Shown here: piece after piece, positions 54,772 to 64,000 of the stretch
How the letters are laid out: the number at the start of each line of letters is the position of its first letter
Position numbering within the stretch: position 1 is the first letter of the stretch
Assembly (NCBI GenBank): GCA_973895155.1
Contig: OZ316896.1
Coordinates: 8,143,539-8,207,538, forward strand
DNA length: 64,000 nucleotides
From: Marsupella aquatica
Taxonomy: Eukaryota; Plantae; Marchantiophyta
Reading direction: 5' to 3'
Translations under genes and position numbers: made by a program
The notes under the pieces: generated by a model
What the model was told of the DNA's origin: nothing
The model's database searches: none
Seen by the model: the letters and a program-made list of their open reading frames with translations, nothing else

Positions 54772-57700
54772 ATGAGTTCTGTACAAGGCGATGAAGATCT
54801 CGAGTCCCAGCCACGCTCGGAAACAGGCGCAAAATGTGATACGAATCTAAGGTTAATAATGTCCCCCAACGCTGATGATTTTCGATCCCATCGCGATGAA
54901 GAAGGTGAAGATCAAGAGCTCAATGCTGCGGAACTGAGTGAACAGGAACCTGCAGATAGGACTGGCCATTGTGGCTCATACAGGGTTGGTGGAGCTCGAG
55001 GCAGCGAGAGTGCTGGCTTTGGCTACACGCCTGTGGCCCGAGATGGCTACGCGACTGGAACTCAAGACACTGAATCCTTTGCTGCGAAACTGACGTCAAT
55101 GATTGAAGGTAAGTGATCGATGACAAGTATGCACACATGCATATTTACCTGAGCCAATTTGTAATGATTGCAGGAATTTCTTTTTAGTAACTCTGCTCCA
55201 TAGTTTTAGACTCCAAAGTATAGGCACTGACATTGGGGCATCGCAAATGTTGAAGTTTTCAAGTTCAGTATGTAGTCTCGCTCCGGTTCTGGTCTAAGAA
55301 TTTTGACTCTTAGCCTGACACGGAGTGACATATGTAAACATAAGTTGTTCTGGGCCTAAGTTATTACTTGCTACAGTGACAATATGTATAAATCTATGTA
55401 AACAGCTAAGTTTCGGCTGAAATTTCAGCCAGCTCTTACGAAGAAACCGCTTCAATTTAAATCTTAAATGAAGCAATGGAGTCATTCGTTTGTGTTTAGA
55501 ACTATGCTAGAATGGTAAATGTATTTTCTACCAATAAACGAGGGGAGTTAAAGCTCTCTACCTATTAAAGAAGCTCCGAGTTGAATCCCTAAGATCTAAA
55601 TCCCGTTCCGTGAATTTGTCCCGACTGAGCTCTTGCATTTTTCGCGCAGGCGTTATACAGCAAGCTCAGACAACTATGGAAGGTCTTCTAAACAATGTGA
55701 AGTGAGTGAAATTAGAAGCTGACTCCAAAATCCAGGTTCTCGACCGATGTATGATAGTCCATTCCAGATCCAGAATTTTGTGCTCCTTGATCACAGTATT
55801 GTGGAAAAGGAACGTACAGAGCTAGCAACTGATTGGACGATGAATGTAGTCCGGGCGTTATTTCTCTCGAAAATTTAGGATAATTGCAGTTCATTCTAGC
55901 CTAGAAGTCTTCAATCACTTTCATAGCTTTCGAAAAGAGAACTTGCTCTGCCCCTTTTAGCTACAGGATATCCCTGCTTGGCGTTCTGCTGCCGTCTGGC
56001 TACGGAAGTGGAAAGTCCAGCAACGGGGCCAGGCTCCAGTGGAACGACAAGCAGGAATCTACAGAACGGAAACGACACGTCCCACTGGGCAAAGGGGCCA
56101 GAGACTTCAGAGCTTAAATCGGAATAATTGGTATTATTGACCTTAATAATCTTCACGAGTACCACACTGAAGTTATTGAAAATAAAACAGTGAGAACAGT
56201 GAGATCTAACACGTCCTCATCGGAAAGTAAAACTAACCCACAGATCCGATGAGAACAGTGAGATCGACAACTCAGCGTTAGAAGTGATAGAGGAACTACA
56301 AAGTACAAAAGATTGCGGCGCCGACCGCAAATGCAAACTGGAGGCAGACCGAGATAAGGTTCATCGAGCGGTATGCAGGGTATTAGACGTTCTGAATATC
56401 ACGAACAATATGATTGATGTAAGTATAAATTTTATTTCGAACACCTCTTGGGATCCTATTGTTGACTGCATGTTCACATACAAATTGCAACATACGACAA
56501 CCTGTCCTTCGATAATAATTCCAATTCCCTAATTTTCCATCGAAGCAGTGAAATAACTTCCGAACGTTGATGAGCAGATGGTCCGTCCAAAGGGTGGACC
56601 CGATTGCACAGATGGAGATCGTTAGGGGCCGCCATGACCGTCAATCGACAACCACTAGGATTTTCAGAAGCACATGTATTGCTGATTGATATAGCAGTTG
56701 AGATTGGCTGTGAGACTCGAGTGATCCGTCAACTCTACGGACAGCTTTGGCTGTCTAGCTTCTTTTATCAGGCATGCAAGATCCAGCAGCTACTGGAGAT
56801 CAGAAATTCAGAATGAACAAAATTGCTCTTTGCCGAAGAGTTTTGCGTTACTTATCCAGGTTGAAAGATTTTATCCATTTGATTCTTGTTGTTGCAAAGA
56901 CAACAGATCTGCTTCTGTAGTGATCAATCTGCAGACTCTCCGACAGTTACTTTCTGCGGAGGTGCGGGTAATGGTAAATACTGTAAGGGAGTATTGTGCG
57001 GTAGTGGCTGATATTAGACAAGCAAAAATTTCGGAATTAGACACGTCGACAAAAGGATTCTCATGCGGAAAAATGCACAGAATTTTCTCATGCGGAAAAA
57101 TCATTCCCAGATGGCTGGCTGTTTGTGTAATTACCTAAAAGTAAGGGAAAGTTGGACGTTGTTAGCTTGACCAGATTGCCTGCATACTGTACTCAAGAAA
57201 CTTCAATTACTTATGGCTATGGACCCTCGGAAAGAATCTAAACTACACGCGATACTACAAAATTTCAAGCTGCTCCTTCTGGATCGGATCACGGTTGAAA
57301 GTAGAGGTTTAGTTCACACGCAGACGCTCTCAAGTGCATACACGAGATGTGATAAACATAATCCTACACTTCTGCGCTTGTCCTCAAGGCTGGCAAGGAG
57401 TTCTCCTTAGAAGCGGTGATCAGGCGTAATTATGTGCGTCAAAGAACTCCACTGTGCAAAGACAGGAAAGTCCGTTCAATTCTGTTCTCAACCTTGAAAT
57501 GTCAAGCTGAAGTCGACAGATCGAGGCTACAGACATACCCGGAGCCATAGAATTGACGACGTGGAGGTCACCGACATCTCCCTTGATTTGCTAGAAGGAA
57601 GCATTCGTAGTTTGGCTAAAACTCCAGAGGCTTCACCCCGCATGGTGACCGGATGTAGCCCTAGTGATCAGTTTCCAACGATGTTCTACAACTCGATAGA

Positions 57701-58090
57701 GAATGTTAGCAAGCTCAGTATGTTGGACAACAAGCTCAATTTTGCAAAGAATATGCCCATCAAGCGAGGTCTCCTTCGTGACCATCGCGACGGTTCCCAT
57801 GAAGTGGAGCACCGGCTAGGGAGAACTTTTCTATTGAACCGGAAAACGGGGCAATATGATGTGCCCATTGAGAAACTTGCTGACTCTCCTGTTGGCTGGT
57901 GTCTCATCGGTTGCTCGTTGTTAACTGGATCCAGAGGTTGTTCACAGTCCCTGAAATGCCTGACATTGATGAACAAACAGTGGAAAAGATGATGAGCCCT
58001 GAAAGAACCCCAGGGTCACTATCTGTAAAAACGATACTTCGAAGGCGTTGCAGCCGTACTGGAAGATTGTCCCCTCCACACATCGTCTGA
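54772..58090 (+). CDS. Putative spliced gene of unknown function (exon structure only partly resolved; may be degenerate)
   Basis: ORF MSSVQGDEDLE..SMIE ends at a GT donor (55109), followed by a plausible exon at 55650-55700 (GVIQQAQTTMEGLLNNV) and coding-like segments at 56230-56418, 56935-57140 and 57561-58090. No recognisable domain. Confidence 0.3.
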
Positions 58091-58469
58091 AAGAGATCGT
58101 AAAAGTGCAAGACTTTGTGAGTGACGTTTCTTTGTCCTAGCATCTTTGCAATTTTGTATCTACTGCTCCAGCTCCTGTTAATCAACTAGACTGACGCTGA
58201 CATATACGTCGGATTCAAAGACAGCCGTGGGCTAAAGGAGGTGGTAGCGATTATGAAGCAGGTGCACGTTGTTTCAGGAAACGGACTGTTTGAACCGACC
58301 ATTTAGGTTGGACACAAGCGTCCGAGTGGCTCAGGCACCATACAAAGAAAAGCAAGGAGCAATCTGCAACATAATAATGAAACAGAGGCTCCTCCTGAAA
58401 AAAGATTTAGCGATTTTCTGTCCTCCTATCCCACGTCGGCCCATCCAGATTCTCTATAAGTTTTGGCCT

Positions 58470-60800
58470 CGCCTAAGTGATATTTGCAAAAAATCGGTCT
58501 TCTTTGCTGCGCTTGTCTACTTTTCCCATGCGTAGTGAGATTTCACGCTTGGAATCCTTTGAGCTTTCTAGAGTAGCCTTCTGAAGATGTGCTTGGTTTG
58601 CGCCGGATGGCGATACATGTTCAATCAGCCGAGTGAAGAAATCCATCACAATCTCGAAATGGCTTCGAGTTGTGGGGAACACAGTGTTAGTGATATCCCG
58701 TACTTGGAGCATTGACTTGACTCCTGTACTTGATCCTGTATCTGGATACTGTCTAAGTATCTTTCTAGTTTTGGGGGTTGATTGCCTATCAAAGCTACAA
58801 GCAGCTATGCTTGAAACAAAATAGAAATTTCCAGCTTGTTACCAAGTTGAATGTTAGGATCAGCTTAAGAAAGAGTATGACTTTTGATCTCATAATTAGT
58901 TATAAGGTTGTCCTGACCTGATCCGTTTAAACTAACATTTTTACGGGGTATCTATTTGGGGACTTCTCTTCTAATTTGCTCTTTGATTAGGACTGTAGTT
59001 GGCCTTCACAGTGAATTAACACCAAGTGGTATATACCATGAAAATACTGATCTCCCCCCAAATTATGCCAGAAACGTATCCCACTTATCTACTCGAATTT
59101 AGCCAATCAATATCTCGCGCATGCTCTGTTAGAATTCTTTGAAATTTACGTCCGTTGTTAGTTCAGGAACTAATCTCAAGAAAAGACGAGCAGAATCACT
59201 GTTCCCATTGAAGATTTTTTCAAAGTAGGGATTTCAAATCGAGTGATTTGTGAAATTGAGGGATCTCTACAGATTGTTAGATCTCTGAGGTGTATGAAAG
59301 CAGTGCCTAACAGAGTAAAGGTCCCTATCAACTGTATCCAGAGAGGGAAGATTATGGAACGTATCTCCGGTGATGAGGACTCCGTCACTCGCAAGCTAGC
59401 TCTGCCGTTGCCGTTTTCAAAATTGAAGAGGAGCTGTGTCATGGAGAACTGTTTTGGTCACTCTGGACTCAAATGACCTCGCAGGTGATTGCTGGCAAAT
59501 TCTTCCCTCTCGTTGTTTTGGTCCAAAAAGTCCTTTCCAGCCTGGTTTGACTTGTGACACAATAGGACAGTCGCTCTGAACGGGCTACACCAAAACGAGT
59601 AATCACCATACTTACAAACAGTAGAGGTTCAGAGATTCAATCACGATCGAGTAGTGTTTACCTCTGCTAATCGAACAAGAGGGGTAAAAGAAGATAAGAG
59701 AAGGTGATCAACTAAGAAAACGTCTCAAAAACATCTTTTGCCACTGCGCAAGTGGTCAAGGGAGATTCAGGCGAGATCCGATATCAATTTTAGACACATT
59801 TCGGTCAAGTCGTTTGGCCAGGAGCCAAAGATACACATCATTGCAAGTTTTCGATGACATTTGTCATCTTTATTAGACTCCAGAAGTTCCCTAGAGAAGT
59901 TCCCTGTCTACTTCGTGATGGAATAGTGCAGTGGTCCACACCAATTCCCGACAGTAACCCCGTAGGACAAGAGGGTCACTTTCCAAGCCTTCAACAACCA
60001 CAGCTCTCAGAACAATCAAAAGACGGTGATCTCAAAGGGATGCGCAATTTTCCCTTGGATGACCACTGGTTGCATTCCCAATTTCATCCGATGCATTTCT
60101 ACTGTCCAGAAAGCTCTTCGACAATGATAGTTGCAATTCCTGCTCATCCACATGATCCCAACATTATTCCAACTGACCTATGATGCTTTCCAGTAGTTTC
60201 CGATACCGAAACACTCTAAACTAACATGAAATGCCATCACGACTACCATAATCTGCAGGGTGTCCGAAGCCAGACTAGACATTGTTCATCTGGTCTGACG
60301 ACGACGTCTGTGAAATTTACAAGCTAGTGACCTATGGGGAAGCTGAACATCATTGAAACCTGAGACATCTGAGGGCATAAGAGGTTCCAGAGGTGATTAC
60401 ATGACGGTCTCGCTATCTTCGCAGACAAACGTTTCACAATTGGCTTTTCAAGCTCCCTGATGTTGTGCCCGGATATCATCTCTGCATGCTGACCCTTTCC
60501 AGGATGGCATCTGGTCTTGTTTAGAAGCACTGGCTTGCCAGATCTCATCCGAGAAAGTCGTTGACTACAACTCGATCCTGAAAGAACTTGTCACTCTCTT
60601 CAATTTAAGACCTCAGCTCCATGATCAAATTGACGATGAGAAAGCGGAAAACATAGCTTCGACCTTGAGATGTGTTGATGAATCTTAGGTCTTCGCCACA
60701 TCTCCGATAAATCCGAGAACGGCACAGACAGAACCCATGATTGGAAAAATGGCACCAGGATCCCGAGAGAGATGCATATCTTAGACAAACTATCCTGGAA
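58470..60800 (-). pseudogene. Decayed downstream exons of a phosphoglucan water dikinase (PWD/GWD3) paralog
   Basis: Minus-strand relics: DSSTHLK|gt (cf. PWD YSAIYLK), RMRSGKP..HPGKGQHAEMISGHNIRELEK (cf. WINTGQIPC..HHRPNRHAEISRLIFRELE) and VVIQGKIAHP/SPSF (cf. LVARKIHPCLPSF), with frameshifts and stops. The PWD reference peptides are recalled from memory. Confidence 0.5.
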
Positions 60801-60862
60801 CATTCACTTCGTTCAAAGGAATGAGCACTTATCTGATGGGTAGAAGGTAAACTATCGAACAG

Positions 60863-61924
60863 TTAATGTTGGTTAAGGCTAAAAAATTCGTAAACGATCA
60901 ATAGGATTGACAAGATAATTGAAACCGGACCCCACCAAGTTGTGGAAGCCAAGTCACCCTCTACAATGGGCTTGGAAAAGTTTTCATTGTAGGGCAGTAC
61001 CCTCTTTTCGAGAATTGCCGAGCCATTTGTGTTTCCCTCTGGCTCCTCTAGCTCTGTCTCCGTCAGGACAGTTTCCCGACCTTGAGCTTCCTTAACAACT
61101 TTGGAGTCAACTGTCTTGCTTTTCACTTCTTTCTCCACCTGTATTGCTCTAATTTCCGGATACAGAATTCCATCAACATCCTCGAAATCAGGGCTTTCAC
61201 TCATCAACTCTTGCTCTGCCTCTACTTCTGTTGCCCCAACTTCTTCTGTTTGGGATTCATCTATAACCTCGAAGTCAATCGCCTCATCAGTAGTGCTCCA
61301 GTGTGATACAACCTCATAGGACTTGCTAAGATCATCTGGGACAACCAATACCCGATTTTCACCATGCTCCCATACCACATTCCCATCCTTGGTAACAATC
61401 ATGTACTTGTACTCGATCATTTCTCCGGGCTCCGCCTCAAGATCCACAACCCAGCCATCCTCAGTCCACCCCATCATGACCCTGTCATTCCATGACCCTG
61501 CAGATTCACTGGACCCTAGCAACGCTACGTGCTCCCCAAACTGGATTTGATGATCCACCCTGAGTCTCAATTTCACTTTTGAACCCCCCCATGTCACCTC
61601 CTCATGCGTCCCAATTTCACTTGTGGTGTCGACGCTCGTACAGCAGAATAGCAGGGCCTTCATGGACCCCTTGGAAACAACATGCCTGCCATTGGGGAAT
61701 GAGAGATTCAGCGCTTCTGGAAACCCATTCCGTTTGAAATAACAGGCTTGCTGCTCCAGTCTGACTTTCGTTCCCCGCAAGCTGCCGACAGTTTTTCTCC
61801 CGATGTCCACCCTTCCAACACGTTGCTGCTGCTGGATAGAGCAGTAGCATCCTGCGCATAGTGCGAAAGAGCAAATACCAGCAGCCGTCATCACAGCCAC
61901 CTTTATCCCACTTCTTACCAGCAC
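60863..61924 (-). CDS. CBM20 starch-binding domain protein derived from the PWD N-terminus, with transit-peptide-like N-terminus and hydrophobic C-tail
   Basis: 353-aa ORF. KVKLRLRVDHQIQFGEHVALLGS..GSW..WTEDGWV..EYKY..WEHGENRVL..HW matches the PWD-type CBM20. It is followed by an acidic linker, IVEGD...WW and PVSIILSILLIVYEFF. Confidence 0.8.
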   Translation of the reverse strand: MLVRSGIKVAVMTAAGICSFALCAGCYCSIQQQQRVGRVDIGRKTVGSLRGTKVRLEQQACYFKRNGFPEALNLSFPNGRHVVSKGSMKALLFCCTSVDTTSEIGTHEEVTWGGSKVKLRLRVDHQIQFGEHVALLGSSESAGSWNDRVMMGWTEDGWVVDLEAEPGEMIEYKYMIVTKDGNVVWEHGENRVLVVPDDLSKSYEVVSHWSTTDEAIDFEVIDESQTEEVGATEVEAEQELMSESPDFEDVDGILYPEIRAIQVEKEVKSKTVDSKVVKEAQGRETVLTETELEEPEGNTNGSAILEKRVLPYNENFSKPIVEGDLASTTWWGPVSIILSILLIVYEFFSLNQH

Positions 61925-64000
61925 TCAAAATCCCACTGCGATCAATCCTCAGAAATAGTAGTAACCTGCTAACAAACCAGGACCAATGGCTCCAGACAGG
62001 TCGATTGAATTCCTTCACACATCCCTAGTGGACGGAGTCGACCCACCAAAGAGCTCGAGATAACCACCCCACGAACAGTTCAGTGCCTGTCTTTCCTCGA
62101 CGTGGGGTGGGAGAGCATGAATTGCGAAACTCTTGGACGTCGTTTGAGAGTCAATAAAGTAATCACGATCATCTACTCTGTAAACACATCCGGAAAAAAG
62201 TAAAGACCTCTTTTTCATGGGATGTCAATATGCTCTCGGGAATCGGCATTCAGCAAGAGCTCCTCACACAATGATGCCCCAGTCCTAATCCCAAACTGAA
62301 GAAAAACACCTTCTGTCCTCGAGAATACTGATTTCAAGCGGGGGTTATAACCGAGCATTGCCGTTCTCTCCTCCTACAGCTGACAACATCATTACTGCCA
62401 TAGCCGAGAAGGACAGCATTCGAAGAAAACCCAGGAAAACCCGGGAACAAGGTTCTTGCTGGAAGTGATATAATGGTGAATTGATAACCGAGGATCATGG
62501 TGGGTTGGGACCAGATCAGCCTTCTATGGACGACGTTTCAAGTGCACCTTGAGAAAGTGAATGAGAATGAGCTTTCAAGGCCAGAGTACAGTAGTACTTG
62601 AATCAAAACAGGGAAAACTGGGCAAGGAAAAGAGAGTAGAACAACGTCAATAGCCAAAAGAGGCCTGGAGCAAAGACCTTGGCAAGGTCAGATAAGCTAG
62701 ACACACAAATCCCTACAGTTGTCAAGTCCTCCATCTTTGTCTCTTTCGTTGGAAAGACGATAACTGAAGGAAAGGTGTCAGGCTCTGTGGTGCTGATTTG
62801 GCACTTCTCATCAAACCAGCTTCAACCGCCTGGAATTATTCGCCAGGCGCCCCATTCTCATTCGTGGGAAAAGTCTGGTCCTTCTATAGTAACAGTTCCT
62901 TCTCTCTTGTCTGAAGGGTCTCTCATTTCACAATGTGAATGGGTTTCATTTGCCTTGAATCTCTGCCCTTCATTTATATTTATGTTTTTGTAGGACTTTG
63001 GAGAGAACAATTCCCAAATCTAAAGCCTGGGTGGACCAAGACATTGTCCATGCCCATCCCCATGGACTGTGTAACGCAATCACTGCCTTTACACCAAAAA
63101 GTAAAAGGAATCGGTAACAGATAGCAGTTGACAACTTTGACTACCTTGTGGAGGATGTACAGTAGTCAAGACGTTCATGTTCAAGAAGAATGGAGTTTCC
63201 TCATCTTGAAGTTCCAATCTCAATCCAATTGAAAGCAAGCAAAATGGATCAATAAGATGAAAGACATAATTTAAAATATTTGTGCCACTCCGTTGCTCCC
63301 ATATCACGGATTCAAGTCGGCTGTTTAAGAAAACTGTCAAGTAATCACAAGCTTCACCAATACATATCAAATTTTCAGAAACGTCTTGACTACTTAGTCT
63401 ACAAGGTCGTAAAAGTTGTCAAATATTAAACCTTACCTTAATTTGAATTTGGCATATTGGGTTGATTTATTTGAAGAGCTTCTGAATCTCCGTTTAAGCT
63501 GAGTGTTTTTCTGCATAGTCTCTGATGTCCAATCTACTGCTAGACAAAGTTTGAGACTTTTTTGAAATCATTTGCTTCATGTCTGATGAACACAAAGATG
63601 CTCGAATATTCTAAATCATGATTTCACTTTACACTTTGAAATTTCATGTGGGTCAACTGAAAACAAGTGTTCATGAGTAATGGCATGAAGTCTTTCAGCT
63701 TCAAGGTTGTCAAGTTGTCGAGTTACTAACCGACGAGACCGGTTTGGTAATGTAACTGAAACCGGCTGCAAACGGTTAGGAGATTAAAGACATAGTGGAG
63801 GTACATCCAGGCTTTAGCTTCACAATTCCCCCCTCCTTTCCGCCACCCAGTGAAAAGAAAAAAGAAAACATATTTATGCTCATAAACATGTTTAGCCCTC
63901 CAGTTTTGAGAAATTAATCCCCTGAGCCCGAGGGCAGAAAAAACTCTCATGCTTGTCTCTGGCCATGAACTAGGAGGACTAGTTTTTGCACCACGTAATC

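Overview
Eukaryotic land-plant genomic DNA with spliceosomal GT-AG introns. Gene content and TE types suggest a non-seed plant, possibly a liverwort or other bryophyte (inference). Protein-coding genes: the 3' end of one dienelactone-hydrolase-family gene plus a complete tandem paralog, a CDS-intronless isoflavone-reductase-like (PIP/NmrA) gene, a zf-4CXXC_R1 (CDCA7-like) gene, an alpha-expansin, an FMP32/DUF1640 (MCUR1/CCDC90-like) gene with a duplicated last exon, a MYST histone acetyltransferase (HAM1/2-like), a GDSL lipase, an uncertain spliced gene, and a CBM20 ORF that appears to be the surviving first exon of a decayed phosphoglucan water dikinase (PWD) paralog. The most notable non-coding signal is a same-strand cluster of box C/D snoRNAs in intron 3 of the MYST gene, including a dual-guide RNA for 5.8S and 25S rRNA and tandem paralogs with diverged guides. 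The 32-40 kb and 45-53 kb intervals are TE-rich: a 5'-truncated CRE-like RLE non-LTR retrotransposon with a non-canonical LSDD RT motif, decayed L1-like LINEs, Helitron-like ends and a possible Helentron relic, a pogo/Tc2-like MITE nested in a Helitron-like CTAG end, and a tRNA-derived SINE with TSD. No CRISPR array, rRNA gene or tRNA gene was seen.
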